Assembly: GCA_001643675.2 (NCBI GenBank)
Contig: LSRY02000004.1
Coordinates: 806,001-870,000 of the forward strand
Source of the DNA: Monocercomonoides exilis PA203
Lineage: Eukaryota > Protista > Preaxostyla
Direction: 5' to 3'
Length of the DNA stretch: 64,000 bases
Position numbers and translations under genes: made by a program. Positions 14,908-26,800 of the stretch are shown here, one piece after another. The notes beneath the pieces were generated by a model. The model worked only from the letters and a program-made list of their open reading frames with translations, did no database searches and was not told where the DNA came from. Numbering within the stretch: the first letter of the stretch is position 1; each line of letters starts with the position of its first letter.

Positions 14908-15841
14908 TTGGACTTCTGATTAAAAAAACTTATTTTCTCGGAAATAGTTTTTGATCCATTACCCATTTGCATTTTAATTCTCCTTATAAATATAAAATAT
15001 TATCATGGTTTTTTTTGGATTTATAAATGTTCATTTACTGTTTTTGCAAGCGTGAGGGCATTTCCGCACAAAAAGAAATATGAACATCCTTTTCCGTTTT
15101 GGTTTATCTTTATATTATTGGATGTGAATGGCCGGTTTTTGTTTTGTCTTCAAAAAGTTTGTGGAAATGATTCAACGAAAAAATTATACAAAAGGAATGG
15201 AAAAATTTGCTTTTCAATCAAAATCAACATCAACTACTGTTATAAAATTGCGACAAATCATTTGATAAAAAAAGATTTCAAACATATATTTCTATTTCAT
15301 AAATTTCTTTGAAAAATAAATTTTGAAAAAAAATCATCTTAATTAGATATAAGTTAATATAGCAATTATTTGTATGTGCAGAAGTTGTTCTTGCTTATGA
15401 ATAATCAAACCTTAACGAAAGAATCTGAAAAGTTTAATAAGACATTACATTTCTAATTGATGCCCCTATCTTTTTTATAACATTGTATATAAAGCTTAAC
15501 ATTAATAATTAAATGATGTATATTCTCTTATTTATAATTTTTTCCAAAAATTTTCTTTCTCAATTCTGTAAAAAAGCTTTTCAACTGTTTAAATTGACTT
15601 TTACACCCGTTACATCATTTTTTGCAGTTCATATAGATTCAAAGCCTTTTTTCATTTTTTGTCAATTGTTCACCGAATGATGGATATATTGATCAAATGC
15701 CCATATTACATCTGTTTCATCTACTAATAAGTTTGTTTTTGAGTTATTCTTTGTATTTAGATCTAAATATATTACCCCGAAAATTGCATATATTTTTTAT
15801 AATTTTTTTCTTTAATTACGTTGCTTGATCTATTTTAGCTC

Positions 15842-18800
15842 ATGGTTGTTATCGGAATTGACTTTGGAAATGATGGATCAAGAGTTGCCACTCTGGTAAA
15901 AGTTAAGCGTCCCGGGAGTGACCGCACAGGAAATCAGATGACAGTCCTGTTAAATGAATCTTCAGATCGAACAACACCAACGATGATAACGTACAGCGAT
16001 GGGCGTTGTCTTGTTGGAGATTCCGCGAGAGGAAGTTGTGTTATGAACGCAAAAAACACGATAACAGGGTTTAAAATGCTTCTCGGAAAATGCTTGTCCG
16101 ACCCCGAAGCAATTGATGCTGCTCGAATGTGCTCTGCAAAGCTCGTTGAAAATGAAAAAGGTGAATTATGCCATCAGGTTATGCATAACTGTGAAATGCA
16201 AACAATATCAGTTCAATCTTCAACTTCAACTTATTTTGCAAAGCTTAAAGAAGTAACAACGCATGCCCTGGAAGGGAAAAAAGATGCGCTTGCAGAAATG
16301 GAAGGAGTTATTTCCGTTCCATCATTTTTTGATCAGAAACAACGAATTGCTATTATGGAAGCTGCACGCGTTGCTGGCTTAACTCCATTTAACGTTGTAT
16401 CAGATATGGCTGCGCTTGCAATGGATTATGGCTTTCCAAAACTTGATTTGCCAATTGTGTCAAAATCAGTTAAACCAGTTGTTGTTGCATTTGTGTTGAT
16501 TGGTCATGCATATTCTACTTGCGGAATAATCGAGTTAAGAAAAGATAATTTTTGTGTAATATCTCATGCATCCACAACAAAATTCTGCGGGCGTATTATT
16601 GATTACAGAATTGCTCAGCATTTCGCAAAAGAAATTGAACAAAAGTTTGGACTAGAGCCAGGAAGCGTTTATGCTAATCCCAGATGCCGTGCACGGTTAT
16701 TATCAGCTTCAGAATCTGTAAAGAAAGCATTAAGTGGAGTACAGATGGCTCAATTTTCAGTGGAAAATATTTTTGATAACGATTATTCTGCTTTTCTGAA
16801 GCGGACTGATATGGAGGCGATGTTTGCCGGAGATTTGGGGATGGATCACCTTGTCCACATCTGTGAAGTTGCTCTTAAAGGGACAAAATATGGATTGGCG
16901 GACTTATCTGCTGTTGAGCTTACAGGAGGAACTTCTCGTATTCCTTGTGTAAAAGAAAGATTAGCCAAGCTGTTCGGTCGTAATCTTTCGTTCACATTAA
17001 ATGCTGAAGAGTCTATTGCAAAGGGTTGCATGTACATTGCAGTTAGATTGTCTCCATTTCACAGAGGAAGAGAAATCCATGTCATTGACTCAATTCCCGA
17101 GCAAGTCAGCATTGCATGGTGTAAGGAAGGAGATGAAGCTGCACTGAAGCAATTTTTGGATACAAAACATGAAAGGTCAACAGATTTATCAAATGCTCAA
17201 ACTTCGGAGCAACCTGCGATAACAGCTCCAACAGGTGTTAAGTTTGTGAAAGTGTTTGAGCAATTCTCAAGATTTGAAGTGACTTCAGCCAAAGATGACT
17301 CAACTGTCAATGTTTCGTTCAAAAAAACAAAACCATTTTCAATTTCTTTGGTTTATGGTGCGAAGGAAAAGAACATGAGAGCGATGCCTTTTAAAAGCAC
17401 AGGCAGTGACGATGCATCATCTTCATCAACATCCTCTGATGGTTTGTTCTTTTTCATTCTATATCTTTTAATATTTCTTTTGAAAATGTATTTATTTATC
17501 AAACATTCAACCTTGCAACGTTCTTTTTATTAACGTTTTAACTCACGTTAACAGCTGCAATGAAGCACTTTGTGCCTCTTTGCACAATAAACATAAAGGA
17601 TAACATTCCAAAATACAGCCCTGATGCCCTTCCACTTCTCGATCCACAAGTTAGAGAACAAGTTGAAAAATCAAGTATGAAAAATGAAAGCACATTTGTT
17701 GTTGAATGAATTTTTCCTTTCTTTTTAAATTAACATTGATTATTTCTTTGGCGATATTTCTTTGTGTTCAATTTTTATTTATTTAATTTTCATTTTTTCA
17801 ATCGAATACTCGATAATTGTGTTGCTTTATGTAATGTTTTATTTCATCAGAACAAGTTGAAAGAACCGTCAAAGTTAAAGCCGTACTGAACATGGCCGGA
17901 TTAGTTTTCTTTGATTCAGCTTACATTGAAGAAGATTTTCAAGTGGAAGAGAAGAAACTGATTACTCCTCCACCCGCACCTGCAAAGCCACAACCACCGC
18001 CATCACAGCCACAGCAAATGCAGCCACAACAAGCAGAACAACCAGCAGCAAACGCTTCTGATCCAAATGCCCCGAAAGGACAATCACCTGATGCAAAGGA
18101 AGCCAAGCAGGAGCAACCTCAGGGAACGGATGCGCCAAAAGGAGAAGAGCAAGATAAAAGCGCATCGACTCCATCTGGAGCAGCTGGAGCGGGTGAGGCA
18201 CCAAAAGAAGATAAAGCAGAGAGCAAAGAAGAAAAGAAGGAAGAAAGCAAAGAAGAAAAGAAAGAGGAAAAGAAAGAGGAAACTCAGGCTCCAAAACAAC
18301 CACAGCCAGCCCCTGCTGAACCAAAATATGAGATTAAAACCAAAAAAGGACAAAGAAAAATTAACCTGAAAACACATGTTATTCATCATCTGCAGTCGAG
18401 CCAATCCGAATTGGAGAAGCAACGCGAGGCGCATGTTGCACAAGTGAATGCAGAGCGTGTTGTGAGAGAAAGATCAGATGCAAAGAATGCATTGGAGTCA
18501 TATGTGTATGAGATGATGCGTGCATGCGATGCTGAAGGAGGAGAATTAGCGCCTTATATGGACGAGAAAGTGAGGTCAGAGTTTATGACACAGGTGATGA
18601 ACGAGGAAGACTGGGTTTGCCACGAAGAAGCAGAAGAAGCTCAGAAGAGCGAGTTTGTGAGCAGATTGAACAAGCTGCAGGAAGTTAGCAACAGAGCAGT
18701 ATTTTTGAAGAAAGAAGAGGAAAACAGGCAAAATGTTGTGTCTGTTATTATTGATCAATGCTCTTCAATTCAAAAGGAAGCTAAATCGGCAGAAAAAGCA

Positions 18801-19289
18801 TACATTCCAGAAGCAGAGAGAAGGAAAGTGGTTGATGAAACAGAGCTGTTTGTGAAGCATCTGATGCAAAAAATGGACGAGCAACGTAACAAGAAGAAAT
18901 ACGAGAATCCGGTTATTTTGTGCGATGACATGAAAAAGGAGTTCAGACAAAAGAGAGAAGAATGGAGCAAAATACTGTCAAAGCCAAAGCCAGCGCCAGC
19001 TGCTGCTCCATCAGCAGAAGAAGAGAAGAAGAAGAAAGAAGAGGAGCAAAAGAAAGCGGAAGAGCAGAAGAAAGCAGAGGAGAAGAAAGCGGAAGAGCAA
19101 GCAGCACAGCCAGCAGAAAAGAAAGAAGGCGAAAAGGATGAGTTTGACATGTTGGATGACTTTGCCATTGAGCAAAACAAAGAATCACCTCAGGAGCCCG
19201 CTCCTTCAGCCATTCCAAATCCATCTCAGTCACCAACTATCCCATCCACACCAACACCTTCTTCAATGCCTGAACCTTCCTTGGATTAG
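15842..19289 (+). CDS. Hsp110/SSE-family Hsp70-like chaperone / nucleotide exchange factor, 3 exons
   Basis: MVVIGIDFGN, VELTGGTSRIP, TLNAEESIAKGC, VKVKAVLNMAG and DAKNALESYVYEM motifs. Introns 17442-17554 and 17675-17850 join the two ORFs in frame. Confidence 0.9.
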
Positions 19290-20807
19290 ACTCATTCAAT
19301 AAGCTTGAAGCTTGTATAATTAATAAAAAGCGGGAAGACAATGAGTGCTCTCTCCTTATGATTTTCCGTCCGTTTACAAAGGGAAAAGAAACAGATAAAG
19401 AAACATAAAGGAGCTGAGGTTATCCTCATTTTTATAATAAACACCAATGCTTTTTTTTTGTTAATACAAGCTGCTTTTAAATTCTTTGATTCGTCATTTG
19501 TGTCATCTCCTTCGTCGATTCCTTTTATTTTCTTTTGCTTAACCCCTTCAAACTTGTCTGAAAAGAATCAACCATTCGCATTTTCGATCATTCAAGTTTT
19601 ATTATCTTTTTATAATCTCTTTGCTTTTTTCAATAATTTTCTTCTTTGGTAAATACATACAAATATTTTTCAATTAACTTTATGGAAAATCTTACAATAA
19701 TTAAAACATTTGGCTTTTCAGGCCCAATGATTTTAACCAAATAAAATTTATTAGTATTTAAAAGTAATATCTTTTACAAAGTGTTTGATAGAAGAAATTG
19801 CAAATTGAAGAAAAATGTTCAACTGAAGAGGGAAACGAGTGAAGATTTTTTCCATTTTGAAAATTTGATTCATGAAATTAGTTAGATGGTTTTTTGAGAT
19901 ATGAATGTTCTTTTTCAATCACATTTTTTCAAGTCCAAAATAAATAAATTCTTTTAAAATTTTCATTATGAATTTAAAATAGGTCTATTAAATATTCAGA
20001 AAACATAGTGAGTTAAAAAATGGTTGAATAAAAGATAGCATTGTCGAAAGTTTTAAAGGCAAAAGCGAAGAAAATCGTGTTTTGTAAAAATAAACAAATA
20101 AAAAACTTGAAATTTTACTGTGAAGTGTAACAAAAAGGTATGAAGGGAACCTGTCAAAGAAATATGTGATAGAAATAAGTGAAAGAAATGGCGTCCAATA
20201 AAGAGAGAAAAGTGTATTGATAAAAATGTGAAGAATTGTGGATGGATTGATAAACATCGGTTGGTAATCTCAGTTATGACGTGAATTTTGGCATTCAGAA
20301 GTTAGCTCTTAATATAAGGGTCGATATGATTGCACGTTCAATAAACAAATCTGTAAAAAATAGATAAGAAAAAAACAATATAAAAAATAAGTTGTGTGAA
20401 GAATGATCTGTTACCAGCTCCAACATTATTGATGCTTATAAAAAATTACAGACTTCTTTCTTGTAAATGCCAAATTATTGCAGAAACATTGATTACATTC
20501 ATAATTACAACCGATTAACATAAAGATGGAAGAAACTAGCTGAGAAAAGGAAATGGTTACAAGGGATTTGGTGACGACAAACGTTAATAAAAAATGTTTA
20601 CTGATGGAATAAAAGATGAGAAGATGCTTAAAGAAATTGAAGAGAAGAAGATATTTGGATTAGAGCACAAGCAAGAGCATCTGCCATTTTCACAAAGATA
20701 GCTCATTGTACTCTATCCAAAACAATCAGATCCAAAAATAAAAAAAGAAGAAGAGATTCAATTCCTCCCTCATCTCTTTCTCTCTTTCTCTCTTTCTCTC
20801 TCTCCTT

Positions 20808-23800
20808 CTATGCAACCCTACGTGCAGCTGACGAGCGACCCTGCGAGTCTCTTGGGTATCCGCCAGCCGAGTAAGGAGCAGACTGAGGAGGATAAGACGA
20901 GCCAGAGGAAGATGACCCTGCCCCACGTGCTCTGTTGCCTGGAGGAGAAGAGCCTTGGCTGGAACGAGAGTACGAAAGCCTGTTTTGGTGACTTCTCTTC
21001 CATTGCTCCGTCTCAGCAGTCACTGGATCCTTCACTCTGCCTCCTTTCAAAGCCATCAGATAAGGCACACCCACGACCTGACTTGAAACACCAGACGCTC
21101 CTGATGTTCTCTTCTTCTTCTTCTTCTTTTTCTTCGCAGCTCCTTCAGCCCCTGTATCTGCTTCTCCTTCTCCATCACCAGTTCCTCTTGTCCCGCGGGT
21201 CGAAGCAAACTCGTCTTCTTCGTAGTCAAACTGCCCTCTTCTCTGCCGTCTTCCCTGTGCACCTTCATCATACTCATCACCATATGCACCTTCCATCCCT
21301 TCGTTCTCGCCATCTGCATAGAACTCGTCTCTGCGTGCTCTCTCTCTTCGCGGACGAGATTTTGCATAGCCATCGTCTGGGCGGGCATTCCACGCTTCTT
21401 TGCTGTCATCAGCGCCTCTTTCAGCATCGTACACATTCTCATAGTATCCATCATCAACATCATAGTTCCTTGTTCTCCTTCCTCCTCCCTCGCCTCTCTC
21501 ACTTCTCTCTCTTCTGTCCATCGGCTGCTGCTCATTCATCGGCCTTCTCGTTCTGCGCTGTGGTGAAACACTGCTGAACTCGTCTTCTCTTCCATACTCT
21601 TCTCCTTCCTCTCTCGGACTGGGCCTTCTTGCATTGTCCCTCCTTCCGTCTCTCGAGTCCACTCTTTCTCTGTCAGTCTCGCCAACACCCAATCCCATCT
21701 GCTCTCCGCTCGCCAGCTTCGCCAGCGTCCTCTTGAACTCTGCCTCTTCTCTCTCCAAATCGGATGCCTCGTCAAAACGAGGGCGGAACAGGCACGTTGT
21801 GTTCCACTCGTTCATATTCACCCAGTCAACCAGCTGCTGCTTCGAAAGCGTCAGCGCATTCATCACCCGCGAAATGACCTGCTGAAGCGCTGAATACCTC
21901 ACGCCTTCTTCCACAAGCGAGTAGAACTTCGCAATAAACGCACGGAACACTGTCAGTGTGCGCATCAGGACTCTTCTGTGCTCAACAAGCGGAAGTAGAG
22001 ACTCGATTGAATCTACCACTGCCTTGTAGCCGTAGAGCGTGACATTCGGCCCGCGCTGTGCTTCTTTCTCCTTTTCGGTGTCAGACATCTCATGTGAAGG
22101 AGACAAAGAAGACGAAACTGCAGGTGAGACAGGAGAGCTTGTTGATGAGAGAGAAGGTGCAGGAGCAGGGAGAAGAGGCAAGATCCGCTCTCGTTCTGCC
22201 ACAGGCACATGCAGAACCGCCCACAGCGCCTTCAGCTTCCGCACTGCCTTGTCGAAGTGAAGCGACAGATGCGTAAGCCCCTCAGACTCCTCGTGTTCGA
22301 TGGAGCAGATCAGCGAGACCTGAGTCTCCGACAGCTCGTCGTTCTCTTCTCCTTCTTTGTCTTTGTTTTTGTCTTTGTCTTCATCTTCTTCGTCACTGCT
22401 GCTGCTACTGCTGTCAGAATCTTCTGATTCTTCTTTCTCAAAGGCATCGTCTTTGTATTCGTCATCTTCGGTTTCTTCAGCTTTTTCAGCTTCCTTCTTG
22501 CTTTTCTTGTGCTTCTTCATTATTTTCTTCTCTTCTTTCACCAAATCTTTTCCTCCATCTTTCTTTTTCACCTCCTTCTTCAGCTCCTTGTACGACAGCA
22601 GCTCATTCTGCAGAATTTCACTTCTTGTTTGCGGATCTGGGAACACACCAAACACAATATCGTCAACACTCTGCTCCAGCTCATCCATAATCTGCCCCAG
22701 CGACGAAGCAGAGACAGACTCTGAGACAGCCGATGCCGACGACGCAGGCCGCATAGCACGATGTGAAGAGAAGCAGCGCTCTTTCGCATCCCTGCTCTCT
22801 GGATATGCACTTCCGCTTCCACTTGCCCTCCCTCTTGCGCTTGCGCCTCTCGACTGTGCCCGGCTGCCTCCTGTGCGGCTGCCTGGCCGGCTCCCTTGTC
22901 TGCTCCCGGCTCTGCTGCCACTCCGACTCTGTCGCTCTGGCTGATCATCAAACATGTACCCTCCATCGTCGTGAGGGACAGACTCGCTCTGAACATTGTG
23001 GATGGATGGAAGCCCCACAGATGCTCCACGTTCGCGCGATCGCATATCCCGCGAATTTCCTCTTTCTCTCCTCTCGTCGTATTCTCTGTCTCTCTCTCTA
23101 TCCCTCTCTCTTTCTCTGTCTCTTTCTGAATATCCCATCGAATCTCTTGTCTCCTGCGCCCTGTATCTCCAATCCCCATCACGCTCCATGTCTCCTCCGC
23201 GTTTTCTTCCTTCTGACTGCCGTGTGCCTCTTGTGCTGTTGAACTCCTCCTCTTCTCTCGAATCAATCAGTCTGTCGCGATATCCATCACGATATCCAGC
23301 AACATACACATCCCTCGTTCTTCTCGGTGGGCCCTCACCTCTTCCTCCCATCCCTCTTCCTCCACCCATTCCTCCTCTTCCTCCTCCTCTGCCGTACATT
23401 CCTCCTCTTCTCCCCATGCCTCCCTCAGACGCATGCGCAAACTGGTTCTGTGAAGTTCCTTCTCTCAGCGGAAACTCGCCTTTCAGCTGTTTGTCCCTCC
23501 TCCTCACAGCCTCTCTCCTCCGCTTCAGCAGCTCCAACTTGTCTTCATCCAGCTCGTCCTTCATGTTGTGCAAGATGGCCTTTCTGAACTGCTTCGAGTC
23601 AACCAGCGGGCAGTCATTAGACACAAGAGGATCATACGGCTGCAGCGGCACCTCCGTCGCTGGCATCACACGGTTGTACCACTTCTCCTCTAGCTTCCTC
23701 AAACGCTCCTCTTCTTTCTCCTTCTCACTCTGTCTCTTCTTCCCGGATTTCCTCTTTGGTGATTCCAGAGGACGCACCTGCGACTTCCTCTGTGGAGTTC

Positions 23801-26800
23801 GTGATTTGCGCTCGTTTGCTGCAGCAATGCTCGCCTGGCTTGATGTGTGTGGCCTTCCTCTCTCTTTCACAGCCCCTCTCTCGTCCTCCTTCACCCCCCG
23901 CTCCTTCGCCGAGCTATGAACACTGCTTCGTGCCTGCGATGTTCTCCTCGGCTGCTGCTGCGACACACTCGAACGCTGCTTCGACTGCATCGGCTGTGCC
24001 GACTTGAACTTCTCTGGCTCCACTTCAGGCGGCGGTATCTCTTCACGCGACGCTCTGCTAGCGTTGTTTCTTCCTTGCCTCGACTGTCTGTTCTTATGAG
24101 GAGGCTGAGGCTTCGGCTCGTTGTTCGGCGACCTACTTTCTTCTGCATCAGGAACGCCATTGCCATCTTCATCATCGTCATCGAGGATGTTGCCATTGCG
24201 TGATTGCCGTGGTGTCTCCAGCATTCGCTCTTTCTCTCGTTCATCCAGCTCTTCCCGTTCGTTCTGATCGTTCTGCCCGTTTTGCTCGCCTTCTTCTGCT
24301 GCCTCTTCCTGCTCCAGTTGCTCTCTTTCCCGCTTCGCCTGCGACTGCAGTGCTTTCATCCGCTCTTCTCTTTCTCTCGCTTTCTCTTCCTCTTCGGCTT
24401 TCTTCTTCCTCTTGTTCTCCTTCAGCTTCTGCACTTCTGATCGGTATTTCTCGTCTTTCGACTTCTTCGTCTTCATAATAGCACCAATGCGCTGTCCTGC
24501 TTCATCATACTGTTCTTGTCTCTTCCTCTTCGCTTCCTGTTCTCTTTCTCTTTCTCTTTCTCTTTCTTCCTCTTCTTCTCTCTTCCTCGCTTCCTCTTCG
24601 TCTTCTCCTGCTTCTTCTTCTCCGACTTCAGTTGGTTGTCCTTCTTCTTCAAACCCTTCGTCATCATATCCATAGCCATCTTGTGCTCCTTCCTCTTCTT
24701 CTCCCACTTCTGGCTGAATCTCCTCCACAACTTCTTCTGCCTCTGCTTCGTCTTCTTTTTGCTGCTGTGTCTTGCTTGCCCTTGTTCTTCTCGCATCGTT
24801 CAATCTCCCAACTTCCTCTCTGTATTTGTTATCCTTCTCCTTCTTCCTCTTCATAATCGATGACACTCTTTCCCCTGCTTCCTTGTATTGTCTCTGCCTA
24901 ACCTCGTATCCATCATCCTCTTGTTCCGCTTCTGCTTCTTCTGGCTCCGGTTCAGGTTCAATCTCTTCCTCACCTTTCTGCTCATCTGCGCCTGCCCCTT
25001 CGTCAAATCCTTCATTGCCGTATTCAAACTGATCATCATATCCGTTCTCTTCCTCATTCTTCTGCGTCTCCTCCTTGTTGTGCTCAAGTGGCTGGTCACC
25101 ATCATCTTCTTCTTCCACCACTTCAATCGGCTTCTGCACTGATCGCGTCCTTCTCGCCTCCTTTAACTTCCCTACTTCCTCTCTGTATTTGTTGTCCTTC
25201 TCCTTCTTCTTCTTCATGATTGATGAAACTCTTTCTCCTGCTTCTTTGTATTGTCTTTGCCTCACTTCGTATTCATCGTCTTCTTGTTCGACCTCTTGCT
25301 CAGGCTCAACTTCGCCTTGCACTTCCTCAAATCCCTCGTCTCCATATCCTTCATCTGCATACTCGTCTCCATCTTGCTTCACTTCTGCTTCTTCTGCCTC
25401 TGCTTCGTCTTCTTTTTGCTGCTGTGTTTTGCTTGCCCTTGTTCTTCTTGCATCTTTCAATCTTCCTACTTCTTCTCTGTATTTAGCTTCCTTCTCCTTC
25501 TTCCTCTTCATAATAGATGACACTCTTTCCCCAGCTTCCTTGTATTGCCTCTGCCTCACCTCATATCCATCGTCTTCTTCTTCTTGTTTTTCCTCCTCAA
25601 ACTCGTTTTCATATCCTGTTTCTTCTGCCGCTTCTGCCTCTTCTGCTTGCTCATTTCCTCCTTCTTCTTGATAGTTGTCCTCTTCTGTCTCTTGCTGCAC
25701 TGGCTCTTCTTCCACTTCTTCTTCATGTTGCTCCTCAACTTCCTCTTCTTGTGCAGGCTTTTGTGAAGCCCTTGTTCTTCTTGCGTCATTCAGTCTCCCA
25801 ACTTCCTCTCTGTATTTGTTGTCCTTCTCCTTCTTCCTCTTCATAATCGATGACACTCTTTCCCCTGCTTCCTTGTATTGTCTTTGCTTCACTTCATATT
25901 CATCCTCCTCTTGTTCTGGCTCTTGCTCAGGCTCAGGTTCAGCTTCAGGTTCAGGTTCAGCTTCAGCTTCAGCTTCTTCGCCATATCCAAAATTATCATC
26001 CTCTCCATTCGCATCTGCTTCCTCTTGTTCGGGTTCTTGTTCTGGCTCTTGTTCTTGTTGGACTTCTTCATTTGCCTCAAACTCCTCTTCATTGTATCCA
26101 TCACCTCCTTCCTCCTCTTCTTTCACTTCCTTCTCCTCTTCGTCCTCATGCTGCTCTGGTTCTTCCTCTCTTCCTTCTTCTTCCACCTCTTCTTCTTGTG
26201 GCACTGCTTTTGCTGAGCGTGCTTTTCGTGCCTCGTGAAGTCTATCTACTTCGCCACGATATTTCGCGTCTCTCTCCCGTTTCTTGTTCATCACAGTTGA
26301 TATCTTTTCTCCTGCTGCTTTGTACTGCCTCTGCTTCACCACAACCTCGTCTTCTTGCTCTTCCTCTTGTTGTTCTTCTTGTTCTGGCTCTTGTTCTTGT
26401 TCTACCACTTCTTCTTCCTCTGCCTGCTCCACCTGCTCAGCCTCCTCCTGCTGCTCCTCTTCTTTTTCTTCCTCAAATACTTCCTCGCCATATCCTGCTT
26501 CCTGTTCTTGCTCTTGCTCTTGCCCTGACTCTGGCTCTTGTTCTGGTTCTTGTTCTGGATCCTGCTCTTGTGGCTGTGGCTGCTCCTCTTCCTGTGCCCC
26601 GTCGTCGCCGTTTCCTCCATACTCATACGAACGCGTTTGAACGACTTCTTCATTCTGCTCTTCTCCATTCTCTTCGCCTTCTCCGGTCTCTTCCTGCTCT
26701 TTCGCTTCATCAAACGCCTCTTCACCGTATTCTGCTTCTTGCTCAGGGTTTTCTTGAGTTTCGAAGCCGTCTTCATACTGCTTCTCGTCATATGCCTCCT

